Shown here piece after piece: positions 43,408-52,535 of a stretch of 64,000 bases of DNA; positions within the stretch are counted from its first letter, which is position 1; every line of letters starts with the position of its first letter. The DNA is taken from the NCBI GenBank assembly GCA_963820825.1, contig CAWGBN010000001.1, forward strand, positions 1 to 64,000. The letters run 5' to 3'. The notes beneath the pieces were generated by a model. The model saw nothing but the letters and a program-made list of their open reading frames with translations. It was not told where the DNA came from and ran no database searches. The DNA is from Vulcanimicrobiota bacterium. Its GTDB lineage: Bacteria; Vulcanimicrobiota; Vulcanimicrobiia; Vulcanimicrobiales; Vulcanimicrobiaceae. The translations under genes were made by a program, and so were the position numbers.

Positions 43408-44337
43408 CTACGATTGACGCAGCGAAAGCCCCCTCTCTGCTAGAACCTGCTTGATCTCGTCGAGCGACTTCTTCCCGAAGTTGCGCATCTTCATGATCTC
43501 GTCCTCGGTGAGGTCGAGCAGCTCGGAGACCTTCGAGATGCCCGCCCGCTTGAGGCAGTTGAACGACCGCACCGAAAGGTTAAGTGTCTCCACCGGGATG
43601 TCCCACTCGTTCGGCGGCGTCTCGGGCAGCGGCTCGGAGCGATTCGTAAACGAGACGAAGAGGTCGAGCTCCTCCTGCATGATCGAGGCGGCCGTCGAGA
43701 GGGCGTCGTCGGGCGTAATCGAGCCGTTGGTCTCCACCTCGACGGTGAGGCGGTCGTAATCGACGCTCTGTCCGACGCGGGTGTCGTCAACGGTGAAGTT
43801 CACCTTGCGAATCGGCGAGAAGATCGAGTCGAGCGGAATCAAACCGATCATGTGCTCGACGTTGCGCTGCCGGTCGGCCATGACGTAGCCGCGCCCCTGC
43901 TCGACGCCGATCTCCATCGTCAGCTTCGCATCCTTCGCCGAGAGCGTGCAGAGCCGATAACTGGGATCGAGGATCTCGACGTCGGCATCGGGGACGATGT
44001 CGGCCGCGGTGACGTCGCGCGCGCCGCTAACCGAAAGCGTCAGGACCTTCGGCTCGTCGCTGTTGAGCTTTACCGGAAGTCCCTTGAGGTTGAGCATCAG
44101 CGCGATCGTATCTTCGGCCATTCCCGGAATCGTCGAGAACTCGTGGAGGACGCCGTCGATCTTCATGTAGGTGACGGCCGCTCCTGGGATCGAGCTGAGC
44201 AGCACGCGCCGCAGCGCGTTGCCGAGCGTGATGCCAAAGCCGCGCTCGAGCGGTTCGATAACGAACTTCGCATAGTTGTCGCGACGCTCGCGTACTTCAA
44301 TGGTCGCCCCGACGGGCGCCTCCATCATGGTTGTCAT
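43408..44337 (-). CDS. rpoA: RNA polymerase alpha subunit
   Basis: EPLERGFGITLGNALRRVLLSS, LSVRSFNCLKRAGI, RNFGKKS. Confidence 0.98.
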   Translation of the reverse strand: MTTMMEAPVGATIEVRERRDNYAKFVIEPLERGFGITLGNALRRVLLSSIPGAAVTYMKIDGVLHEFSTIPGMAEDTIALMLNLKGLPVKLNSDEPKVLTLSVSGARDVTAADIVPDADVEILDPSYRLCTLSAKDAKLTMEIGVEQGRGYVMADRQRNVEHMIGLIPLDSIFSPIRKVNFTVDDTRVGQSVDYDRLTVEVETNGSITPDDALSTAASIMQEELDLFVSFTNRSEPLPETPPNEWDIPVETLNLSVRSFNCLKRAGISKVSELLDLTEDEIMKMRNFGKKSLDEIKQVLAERGLSLRQS

Positions 44338-44422
44338 CTGGTTTCTCTGTCCTTTTTGCTGCTTACGTTATCCGCGGCGATCCCGTGGACCGCAACGATC
44401 GTACGCCTAACAGCGGAGAGTG

Positions 44423-44563
44423 CTTTTGTCCTCGCCACGTCCGGCTCGGACACATTCGTCGCGCCACCTCCATGTGGCGCTCCTATCGACTGCCTCGGCC
44501 TCCGCAATCCGGCTGCGGCGCTCGGTCAGACGGTCCTCGCCGGAACGTGGCGAGAACGAAAAG
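44423..44563 (-). repeat. structured element family B, copy 2 (rpsD-rpoA spacer)
   Basis: Long imperfect closing stem CTCGCCACGTTCCGGC/GCCGGACGTGGCGAG with internal hairpins; shares motif order with 29585..29708. Confidence 0.65.
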
Positions 44564-44564
44564 A

Positions 44565-45221
44565 TTATCGCGAGTAGTACTCGACGATCAGTTGCTCGTC
44601 GACCGGCGTGTCGATCTGCTCGCGGGGCGGTGCCTGCAGCACCTTGGCCGTCTTCTCTTCGCCGTTCCACTCGAGCCAATCGGGCGGGCGCCGGCTCTGC
44701 GCGACCTCGAGGTTCGATTCGAAGACCGGGGACTTGAGGCTGCCCGGCGCGATCGAGATCACGTCTCCCGGACGTACGACGTACGAGGGGATGTTCACGA
44801 TGCGGCCGTTTACGCGAAAGTGTCGGTGGGTGACCAGCTGGCGCGCTTGGGCCCGGCTCGACGCCAAGTTCAAGCGATAGACGACGTTGTCGAGCCGCCG
44901 CTCAAGCAACTGTAAAAAGGTGCGTCCGGTTTGCCCGGGCACGCGTGCCGCCTCGCGGAAGTAGTTTTCGAACTGCGTCTCGTGCACGCCGTAGTACCGG
45001 CGCATCTTCTGCTTCTCGCGCAGTTGGCGGCCGTACTCCGAGACCTTCGTCCGAGACTTTCCGGCGGTCTTCTGCCCCGGTGCGGTACCGCGCCGCTCGA
45101 CCGCGCAGTTGCGCGAGAGGCAGCGGTCGCCCTTGAGAAAGAGTTTGATCTTCTCTCCGGTCTTGCTCGCGGCCGTCTCGCGACGGCAGAGGCGGCAGAC
45201 CGGACCCGTGTAACGCGACAT
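44565..45221 (-). CDS. rpsD: 30S ribosomal protein S4
   Basis: [38 protein letters not shown]. Confidence 0.98.
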   Translation of the reverse strand: MSRYTGPVCRLCRRETAASKTGEKIKLFLKGDRCLSRNCAVERRGTAPGQKTAGKSRTKVSEYGRQLREKQKMRRYYGVHETQFENYFREAARVPGQTGRTFLQLLERRLDNVVYRLNLASSRAQARQLVTHRHFRVNGRIVNIPSYVVRPGDVISIAPGSLKSPVFESNLEVAQSRRPPDWLEWNGEEKTAKVLQAPPREQIDTPVDEQLIVEYYSR

Positions 45222-45228
45222 CGTGCGG

Positions 45229-45624
45229 CTACACCCGGCGACGTTTCGGCGGACGGCAGCCGTTATGCGGAATCGGCGTAACGTCTTTGATCATCGTGAT
45301 CTCCAAGCCCGCGGCTTGAAGCGAGCGGATCGCCGCCTCGCGACCGGCACCGGGACCCTTGACGAGCACTTCGGTCGACTTCATGCCGTGCTCCATCGCT
45401 TTGCGCGCGGCGGCTTCCGCCGCCATCTGCGCGGCGAATGGAGTCGATTTCTTCGAACCCTTGAAGCCGAGGTTGCCCGCCGAGGCCCAGGAGACGACGC
45501 CACCGTGCGGGTCGCTGATCGTTACGATCGTGTTGTTAAAGGATGCATGCACGTGCGCGACGCCCGCCTGGACGTTCTTGACCTCGCGCTTGCGCCGCGA
45601 TTTCGTTTGTTTTTTGGCCGCCAA
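45229..45624 (-). CDS. rpsK: 30S ribosomal protein S11
   Basis: [34 protein letters not shown]. Confidence 0.98.
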   Translation of the reverse strand: MAAKKQTKSRRKREVKNVQAGVAHVHASFNNTIVTISDPHGGVVSWASAGNLGFKGSKKSTPFAAQMAAEAAARKAMEHGMKSTEVLVKGPGAGREAAIRSLQAAGLEITMIKDVTPIPHNGCRPPKRRRV

Positions 45625-45701
45625 AAATCTCTCCGCCCACAGAAGGGGTCATAACAGTCGAGCCGACGATGATGCCGGGCCTCGAGAAGGCCCAAGAAGG
45701 T

Positions 45702-45731
45702 ATCTTACCTGGAGGGGGCCGCCAAAGGCAA
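45702..45731 (-). promoter_or_regulatory. putative promoter for rpsK-rpsD-rpoA-rplQ
   Basis: TTGCCT-N18-TAAGAT about 80 nt upstream of rpsK. Confidence 0.55.
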
Positions 45732-45757
45732 GGGGCCCGGTCCCAGACCGAGCCCCC
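45724..45757 (-). terminator. putative intrinsic terminator after the surface-protein gene
   Basis: GGGGCTCGGTC-TGG-GACCGGGCCCC followed by TTGCCTTT. Confidence 0.55.
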
Positions 45758-45777
45758 AGCAGCTACCCCGCCTAGCC

Positions 45778-47109
45778 TTACGGATAGAGGAGCCTAAATC
45801 CGATCCCTGCGAACGGCCCGTTATAGGAGCGGTTCACCGGAGCGTTCTGCTTGTTCGACCAGCTGTCGCCCATCCAGCCGCCCTCGATGAAGAGCGGGGT
45901 GTTTCCCAGGGCGATCGTGATGCCGGCCTGGTACTTCAGGATGTTGTATTGGAGCGGCAGTGAGCTCGTGTGGAACCCGGTACTGGGGTACTGATTCGGC
46001 AGCTGGACGCTTGCCGTGCCGTTGACGCTCGGGTAGTACCAGACGCTCCCGAAGAACGAGAATACGTGGTTGAGGTCGGGGAGCTTCTCTCCGCCGAACC
46101 CGACGCCGTTGAGGCTCGGGTAGCCGTAGTTGTTGGCCATCCAGAGGTACCCGACGCCGACGTAGATCCGCGGTTGCAGAACGCGCACGGCCAAGCGGGC
46201 ATCGACGTCCTGGTCGTAGAGCGGCGAGGTGGTAACTACCGGCGTGCTGCCGTTGCCGCCGATCACCGTAACGAGACATTCGGCCGGAACCGCACCGCCG
46301 GCGGCGCTCGCCGGGCAGTTATGCGGGTACTGCCAGCGCTCGTACGAGCCTTCGACCATGAGTGGAATGGTACCAATCCCGAACTCACCCGCCCCGCGGA
46401 TCGCGAACGAGTTGTTCCCCGAGTTGCCGGGGCTGAACTCGTTGTAGACTTTTGGCGAGAAGATGTAATCGCCGGCGACGAAGGCCTCGCTCGCCAACGG
46501 CTTGGGAGTCGGCGGGGGCGGCGGCGGCGGGGGGGGTGCGGGCGGCGGCGGAGCCGGGCTCGGCGGCGGCGTCGCGGGAATGTACCGCACGACGACCAGA
46601 CGCTTGTCCGGAACCCACTGCACGTATGCCCCCATGCCTTCCGAAATCACACGGACCGGCACGACGACGACGCCTTGATAGATCATCGGCGGAACGTCCA
46701 GCGGACGCGATTCGCCGTTGATCATGACTTCGGCTTTACCGACGGTCACCTTGACCTCGGCGCCCGGCTTCGAGATCGTTGCCGTTTGACTTCCGGCATC
46801 CCACGAAACCGTTGCTCCCATCTGTTCAAACATCGAGCGCAGCGGAATGAAGAGTGTGCCGCCCTTCACCAATGCCGCCAGCACGCGACCTTGCTTGAGC
46901 AGGTCGGGCTTACTGTAAACGTGATGATCGTTGTAAAGGATTGGAATCTGGCCGGACGGCGGAGAACCAAAATCCGCCGGCGGTGCGCCCCCTTGCGCGA
47001 CGCCGTTTCCTACGTTTCCTGGCGTCGCATTTGCCGGAGCAGCAACCGCGTTGAGCCCGCAGAGCGTGACAATCAGCGCTGCGAGTACTCCGGTGCTCAG
47101 TCGTTTCAC
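45778..47109 (-). CDS. secreted copper amine oxidase N-terminal domain protein with poly-Pro linker and beta-barrel-like C-terminus (paralog 2)
   Basis: Signal peptide, LFIPLRSMFEQMGATVSWD, VVPVRVISEGMGAYVQW, amphipathic aromatic strands ending NGPFAGIGFRL. Confidence 0.8.
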   Translation of the reverse strand: MKRLSTGVLAALIVTLCGLNAVAAPANATPGNVGNGVAQGGAPPADFGSPPSGQIPILYNDHHVYSKPDLLKQGRVLAALVKGGTLFIPLRSMFEQMGATVSWDAGSQTATISKPGAEVKVTVGKAEVMINGESRPLDVPPMIYQGVVVVPVRVISEGMGAYVQWVPDKRLVVVRYIPATPPPSPAPPPPAPPPPPPPPPTPKPLASEAFVAGDYIFSPKVYNEFSPGNSGNNSFAIRGAGEFGIGTIPLMVEGSYERWQYPHNCPASAAGGAVPAECLVTVIGGNGSTPVVTTSPLYDQDVDARLAVRVLQPRIYVGVGYLWMANNYGYPSLNGVGFGGEKLPDLNHVFSFFGSVWYYPSVNGTASVQLPNQYPSTGFHTSSLPLQYNILKYQAGITIALGNTPLFIEGGWMGDSWSNKQNAPVNRSYNGPFAGIGFRLLYP

Positions 47110-47121
47110 GAGTGCCTCCTA
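46532..47121. repeat. ~590-bp direct repeat of 48093..48682
   Basis: Identical by eye except two substitutions in the signal-peptide codons; offset 1561 bp; includes the RBS. Confidence 0.92.
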
Positions 47122-47267
47122 AATAAAGTGGAAAACCATGCCGGCGACGCGGGCAGGCCCCTCGCCAGCCCTATAGCACGAGCTGCCGCTTGGAGCGTCG
47201 CCTCTCGCGCAAACACACGATAGCGGTTCTTCCCCTCGCGCGCAACAGAATAAACGCCGGCCTCGGT

Positions 47268-47303
47268 AAAAAGAGAGAGCGCTCCCTTGGTGGGGAGCGC
47301 TCT
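47268..47303 (-). terminator. intrinsic terminator between the paralogs
   Basis: AGAGCGCTCCC-loop-GGGAGCGCTCT followed by CTCTTTTT. Confidence 0.75.
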
Positions 47304-47356
47304 GCCTGTTTTGCCCGTTCCGGGGACTCCTGAGAGCCCTCGAAACTCGGTAGGGT

Positions 47357-48670
47357 CTAGAACGGAGCGAAGAAGAGCAGACCTGCGTAGGCGCCGTTCA
47401 TGGTAGACGAGATCGGGTAGTTGTTCTTGTTGGCGGCGTTTTCACCGGCCCAGCCGGCCTCGATTGCGACCGCCGGGATGAACGCCCACGCGACTCCGAC
47501 TTTATACTTCAGCAAGTTCGAACCGACGCCGAAGGTTTCGTTCGGAGGAATCGCGTTCGGACCGCTAGTGTACGTTCCACGATAGTTCGGATAGTAGTAA
47601 ACGGAGCCGTAGTAGGTGAACGAGTGACCGAAGTCCGGCAGCTTTTCGAGGCCGCCGCCGACGGCTCGCACGTTCGGATAACCGTAGTTGTTCGATCCCC
47701 AGATGTAACCGACCGCAGCGTAAACGTGCGGATTGAGGATCCGTATACCCAACCGCACATCCAGGTCGCGGTCGACCGCGGTAAAGCCCGGCACAAACGT
47801 CGAGCCCCTTCCGCCGATCACCGTGACGTAGCACTGCGGAGCAGCTTGCGCCGATGTCCCTGCCGCTACGCCGCAGTTATGCGGATACTGCCAGTTTTCG
47901 TAATCGGCTTCGACCATGAACGGCAGGCTCCACGCGTCGAACTCCAGGCCGCCGCGAACGCTGTACGACGAGCCCGCTCCACCGTTGCCGGGCGAGAACG
48001 CATTGTAGACCTTCGGATTGAAGATATAGTCGCCCGCAACAAATGCGACGTTGGGCGTATGGATTGGTGCCGGAGTTGGCGGCGGCGGCGGCGGGGGTGC
48101 GGGCGGCGGCGGAGCCGGGCTCGGCGGCGGCGTCGCGGGAATGTACCGCACGACGACCAGACGCTTGTCCGGAACCCACTGCACGTATGCCCCCATGCCT
48201 TCCGAAATCACACGGACCGGCACGACGACGACGCCTTGATAGATCATCGGCGGAACGTCCAGCGGACGCGATTCGCCGTTGATCATGACTTCGGCTTTAC
48301 CGACGGTCACCTTGACCTCGGCGCCCGGCTTCGAGATCGTTGCCGTTTGACTTCCGGCATCCCACGAAACCGTTGCTCCCATCTGTTCAAACATCGAGCG
48401 CAGCGGAATGAAGAGTGTGCCGCCCTTCACCAATGCCGCCAGCACGCGACCTTGCTTGAGCAGGTCGGGCTTACTGTAAACGTGATGATCGTTGTAAAGG
48501 ATTGGAATCTGGCCGGACGGCGGAGAACCAAAATCCGCCGGCGGTGCGCCCCCTTGCGCGACGCCGTTTCCTACGTTTCCTGGCGTCGCATTTGCCGGAG
48601 CAGCAACCGCGTTGAGCCCGCAGAGCGTGACAATCAGCGCTGCGAGCACTCCGATGCTCAGTCGTTTCAC
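47357..48670 (-). CDS. secreted copper amine oxidase N-terminal domain protein with beta-barrel-like C-terminus (paralog 1)
   Basis: GTG 48670 after AGGAGG; same N-half as 45778..47109; ends NGAYAGLLFFAPF. Confidence 0.8.
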   Translation of the reverse strand: MKRLSIGVLAALIVTLCGLNAVAAPANATPGNVGNGVAQGGAPPADFGSPPSGQIPILYNDHHVYSKPDLLKQGRVLAALVKGGTLFIPLRSMFEQMGATVSWDAGSQTATISKPGAEVKVTVGKAEVMINGESRPLDVPPMIYQGVVVVPVRVISEGMGAYVQWVPDKRLVVVRYIPATPPPSPAPPPPAPPPPPPPTPAPIHTPNVAFVAGDYIFNPKVYNAFSPGNGGAGSSYSVRGGLEFDAWSLPFMVEADYENWQYPHNCGVAAGTSAQAAPQCYVTVIGGRGSTFVPGFTAVDRDLDVRLGIRILNPHVYAAVGYIWGSNNYGYPNVRAVGGGLEKLPDFGHSFTYYGSVYYYPNYRGTYTSGPNAIPPNETFGVGSNLLKYKVGVAWAFIPAVAIEAGWAGENAANKNNYPISSTMNGAYAGLLFFAPF

Positions 48671-48797
48671 GAGTGCCTCCTTAAGAATATGGACTTTTCC
48701 ATGCATGCAGTCTCACGAAAGTTGGGGAAATTGCTGTGAAGCATGCGAGAAGATCGCGCGAAGGCGCGTCAGTTAATGTGTTTTATCGCTCGGTCGC

Positions 48798-50015
48798 CTA
48801 TTCTCCTATCGCCTGAGGTGAGAGACGCCAAAGCCACGCGATTCCGACGAACGTCTCACCCAATGCTAATGTGAAGGCGATGCGGGAGGGCGCTCCGCCG
48901 CTAGTCACGCGCAAATACATTAAGACGAGCCCCGTAAACGCCGGAGCAATGATCTGCGGCAGAACGATCGCAAGATTCCAAACTCCCATCGCTGCCGCCA
49001 TCGCACCGCGCGGCAAGACCCTGCAGGCAATCGCCCAGTCCGCAACGAGAAATACGCCCCATCCAATTCCTGCGACAACGGTCGCTGCTATTGCCAACCA
49101 AAGGGCGTGGGCGAGAATGAAGATCGCTAGCGCGAGCATGAATCCGGCCCCGCCCAATGTCGCGACCAACCGCTTATCTACTTTATCGCTTGGCTGCGCC
49201 GCGAGCGCGGCGCCCAACGCTCCGACGATCGTAAAGCTGACGATCAAGATGCCGGTCTTTTCCTTAGCATCGGTAAGTCCGCTCGTGCCCAGCAACGCCT
49301 CGACGTAGAATAGCAGGTAGCCGAGGAGCGTGTAGAACCCGATGTAGACGAGCGCACGTGAGACAAAAAGGTCGACGAACGGCCTGGTAACGCGCAACGG
49401 CTCGCCGGTCTCGGTGCTCCCGCGCAGCGGTAGTCTGCGCGCGTGCACCGACGTGACCGCGCAGGTCAGGAGCAGAAGTCCACCGAGTGATGCGGCGAGC
49501 GCCGAGGCGTTCGCGATAAAGCTGGCCGCGAGCCCGCCGATCGCGTTTCCCGCCGATTGGAGTGCCGCCATCCAGGACGAGGCAATGCCGATACGCGTAC
49601 GCTCGATGAAGTCGGGAATTATCGCTTGATACGGACCGTTCGCGACGTTGAGCGCCGCTTGCAGCACGACGAAGGCAACCGTCAGCGCCAAGAATGTGCG
49701 CGCTTCGTAAAAGAACCCGAGCGCGGCCGCGCCGCCAACCGCACCGACGACGTAGAATTCGACGCGCCGGCTTCCCTTGCGCCGGAGTGCGTCGGAGTAC
49801 GGACCGATCAGAATCTGCACCACCGCCGCCGTGGACGCACCGATCATGGCCAGCCGGCTGTACGCAATGACCGCGTCGTGGGCGACCAGCTCGATCGTGC
49901 GGGATTGCAGCGAGATCCCCAAGAGCGCGCCCCAGACGGCCTGAATGCCGAGCCAAAAGAGTGCGAGCCGCAGCGGGTTCGGTGCGCCGGCCCCGTTATT
50001 CGTGGGCGCAGGCAT
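48798..50015 (-). CDS. MFS transporter
   Basis: About 12 TM helices, GPYSDALR motif A, NVANGPYQAIIPD; start uncertain. Confidence 0.85.
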   Translation of the reverse strand: MPAPTNNGAGAPNPLRLALFWLGIQAVWGALLGISLQSRTIELVAHDAVIAYSRLAMIGASTAAVVQILIGPYSDALRRKGSRRVEFYVVGAVGGAAALGFFYEARTFLALTVAFVVLQAALNVANGPYQAIIPDFIERTRIGIASSWMAALQSAGNAIGGLAASFIANASALAASLGGLLLLTCAVTSVHARRLPLRGSTETGEPLRVTRPFVDLFVSRALVYIGFYTLLGYLLFYVEALLGTSGLTDAKEKTGILIVSFTIVGALGAALAAQPSDKVDKRLVATLGGAGFMLALAIFILAHALWLAIAATVVAGIGWGVFLVADWAIACRVLPRGAMAAAMGVWNLAIVLPQIIAPAFTGLVLMYLRVTSGGAPSRIAFTLALGETFVGIAWLWRLSPQAIGE

Positions 50016-50727
50016 AACGATACTCGTCGATGGTATCGACGTCGAAGGCAAGTTCGGGGGCGCAGCCCCGCAGCGCTTGCGCCGGTACCTGCAGTACGTG
50101 CAACGCCATCGTCTCCAAGTCCGAGACTCGTAACCGCCCGGATAAGAACCGGATCAAAACCGCCGGTCCCACCAAGCTTGCCATGCGCCACGGCCGTTTG
50201 CGTGCTTCGAAGAAGCGCGTCGCGATCGCGGCGAGCTTCTCGGTCGCTCCCTGCGGAATCGAAAACAGCCCGCCGTTGACCACGCGTTCGCGCGCGAGGG
50301 TGATGCCGACGGGCGGAGCGTCGGGGAAACGCGCGATAAAGTCTCCGTGCTCTGAGAGTGCGACCGCGAGGGTGCCCTGACCGACGCGATTGAGAAAATC
50401 GCCGATCGCCGGGGCCGTGACGTAGGGAAGGTCGCTCGTCGCGTAGATGAGCCGCTCGTCTTGCGGCCACGCGCGCAGCGCGCGCAGTAAATTCTCGCTC
50501 CCTGAAGGGCTTTCTTCAACGAAACGATCGATCGCCGATCCGCAAGCCCGGCGCACTTCCTGCCCGCCCACGACGGCGATCTCACCCACCCCCGCCTCGC
50601 GCAACGCCGCGAGCATTCGCTCCAACATCGTCGCGCCTCGCACCGGCGCAAGCGCTTTGACGTCGGTGCCGGCCGCTTGCGCGAACGCGCCGTCGATGCG
50701 CCCGCCGGCCGTAACGACCGCCTTCAT
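49996..50727 (-). CDS. MobA-like NTP transferase family protein
   Basis: MKAVVTAGG..KALAPVRGATML, TSDLPYV, FDVDT. Confidence 0.8.
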   Translation of the reverse strand: MKAVVTAGGRIDGAFAQAAGTDVKALAPVRGATMLERMLAALREAGVGEIAVVGGQEVRRACGSAIDRFVEESPSGSENLLRALRAWPQDERLIYATSDLPYVTAPAIGDFLNRVGQGTLAVALSEHGDFIARFPDAPPVGITLARERVVNGGLFSIPQGATEKLAAIATRFFEARKRPWRMASLVGPAVLIRFLSGRLRVSDLETMALHVLQVPAQALRGCAPELAFDVDTIDEYRYACAHE

Positions 50728-50733
50728 ACACGA

Positions 50734-50833
50734 GAGGCTCTGATTTGCCGCATCTCGTTGTCGCCTCAGGCCTCAATTACCCACAGTAAACTTCGGCCTT
50801 CGGCTCCTAGAGCTGCATCCAAATCAGAGCCTC
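50734..50833. repeat. 100-bp structured element with 14-bp perfect terminal inverted repeats (family A, MITE-like)
   Basis: GAGGCTCTGATTTG...CAAATCAGAGCCTC enclosing nested stems. Confidence 0.75.
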
Positions 50834-50854
50834 CTAAGAGCTTATCTAAGCTCT

Positions 50855-51241
50855 TTACTTTTTGGCGATGGTCTTCTTCTTGCCGGCCACCGTGCGCTTG
50901 GGACCTTTGCGCGTGCGCGCGTTCGTCTTGGTGCGCTGCCCGCGAACGGGCAGGCCGCGGCGGTGGCGCAGGCCGCGGTAGCAGCCGATATCCATCAGTC
51001 GTTTGATATTCCCCTGCACCTCGCGCCGCAGGTCGCCTTCGACACGAAGCTGCAGCGAATCGATCGCGTCGCGCAGCTTCTTCTCGTCTTCCTCGCTCAT
51101 GGCCTTGACGCGCAGGTCGGGATCGACGCCGGTAAACGCCAGCAGCTTACGCGCGGTCGCGGGACCGATACCGAAAATATAGGTCAATGCGATCTCGACG
51201 CGCTTCTCGCGCGGCAGATCGATACCAGCAATACGAGCCAT
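50855..51241 (-). CDS. rpsM: 30S ribosomal protein S13
   Basis: [36 protein letters not shown]. Confidence 0.98.
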   Translation of the reverse strand: MARIAGIDLPREKRVEIALTYIFGIGPATARKLLAFTGVDPDLRVKAMSEEDEKKLRDAIDSLQLRVEGDLRREVQGNIKRLMDIGCYRGLRHRRGLPVRGQRTKTNARTRKGPKRTVAGKKKTIAKK

Positions 51242-51264
51242 TATTAGTTTCCTCTTTGCCTTTA

Positions 51265-51296
51265 GTCCTGAGCTTGTCGAAGGGCTGTCGAAGGAC
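51265..51296. repeat. REP-like palindrome (family C)
   Basis: GTCCTGAGCTTGTCGAAGGGCTGTCGAAGGAC, with an internally duplicated TGTCGAAGG. Confidence 0.65.
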
Positions 51297-51298
51297 CT

Positions 51299-51415
51299 TT
51301 ATCCCTGAACCTGCTTGTGCTTGGGATTCACGTCGCAGATCACGCGAACTTTCCCGTGACGGCGAATGATCTTGCACTTTTCGCAAATTTTCTTGACCGA
51401 TGGTCTAACTTTCAT
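51299..51415 (-). CDS. rpmJ: 50S ribosomal protein L36 (absent from ORF track)
   Basis: [38 protein letters not shown]. Confidence 0.97.
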   Translation of the reverse strand: MKVRPSVKKICEKCKIIRRHGKVRVICDVNPKHKQVQG

Positions 51416-51417
51416 CG

Positions 51418-51705
51418 CTATTTATACCTGTACGTTATTCTGCCGTGGGTGAGATCGTACGGCGACAGCTCCACGAGCACGCGATCGCCGGGAAGGACGC
51501 GGATGTAGTTCATCCGGATCTTTCCGGAGACGTGCGCGAGGACGCGGTGCCCGCTCGTGAGCTCGACCCGGAACATTGCATTCGGCAACGGCTCCACGAT
51601 CGTGCCCTCCACCTCGATTGCCTCTTCCTTCGGGGTGGTCGTCTTTGCGGCTTTCTCCGCGCTGGCCTTACCGCGCGGAGCACGTCCACCGCGCCGGCGA
51701 GCCAT
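51418..51705 (-). CDS. infA: translation initiation factor IF-1 with N-terminal extension
   Basis: [41 protein letters not shown]. Confidence 0.97.
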   Translation of the reverse strand: MARRRGGRAPRGKASAEKAAKTTTPKEEAIEVEGTIVEPLPNAMFRVELTSGHRVLAHVSGKIRMNYIRVLPGDRVLVELSPYDLTHGRITYRYK

Positions 51706-51722
51706 TCTAAGAACCCACCATT

Positions 51723-52526
51723 CTACACGATGGCTTCCTGCTCCGGGCGATACTGCTCGATCGCCGGATCCTCCGCATAATCGCGGAGCGTTAGGACTTT
51801 CGGACCCTGCTCCGTTACCGCGATCGTATGCTCGAAGTGCGCTGCGAGCTTACCATCTGCGGTCACGACCGTCCAGCCGTCGGAGAGGATCTTGATCTTG
51901 GGACCTCCTTGCGTAATCATCGGTTCGATAGCGAGCACCAAGCCCGGACGCAGCTCGATGCCCGTCCCGGGCTCGCCATAGTTTGGCACCTGCGGCTCCT
52001 CGTGCATCGCCCGTCCGACGCCGTGACCGACCAGCTCGCGAACGACGCCGTAACCGTGGCGCTCGGCGTACTCCTGAACGGCCGCTCCGATGTCGCCGAC
52101 GTGATTGCCGCGCTTCATCTGAGCGATGCCAGCCGTCAGCGATGCCTGCGTGACCTCGAGCAGACGGCGCGCCTCCTGCGAGATGTTGCCGACCGGAATC
52201 GTCACCGCGCTATCGCTCACGTAGCCGTCGAGCGTCGTGCCGATGTCGATCGAGAGCAGATCGCCCTCGGCGAGCACCCGCGACCCGGGGATACCGTGCA
52301 CGACCTCGTCGTTGACCGAGGCGCAGATCGAACCCGGAAACCCATTGTAGCCTTTGAACGTCGGAACGCCGCCCGCGTCGCGGATTCCCGATTCGGCGAG
52401 ACGGTCGAGCTCATCGGTCGTCATGCCGGGGCGCGCCGCTTTCATCAATGCGGTCAATACCTTCGCGGTGATCTTGCCGCTTCGCCGCATCGCCTCGATC
52501 TCGCGTGCCGACTTTAACGCAACCAT
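51723..52526 (-). CDS. map: methionine aminopeptidase type I
   Basis: [30 protein letters not shown]. Confidence 0.97.
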   Translation of the reverse strand: MVALKSAREIEAMRRSGKITAKVLTALMKAARPGMTTDELDRLAESGIRDAGGVPTFKGYNGFPGSICASVNDEVVHGIPGSRVLAEGDLLSIDIGTTLDGYVSDSAVTIPVGNISQEARRLLEVTQASLTAGIAQMKRGNHVGDIGAAVQEYAERHGYGVVRELVGHGVGRAMHEEPQVPNYGEPGTGIELRPGLVLAIEPMITQGGPKIKILSDGWTVVTADGKLAAHFEHTIAVTEQGPKVLTLRDYAEDPAIEQYRPEQEAIV

Positions 52527-52535
52527 CGGTCGCCT

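Noticed and set aside
45778..48682. Diversity-generating retroelement (template and variable repeat pair)
   Set aside because: No reverse transcriptase; the repeated part is the constant N-terminus and the C-terminal differences are not adenine-specific.
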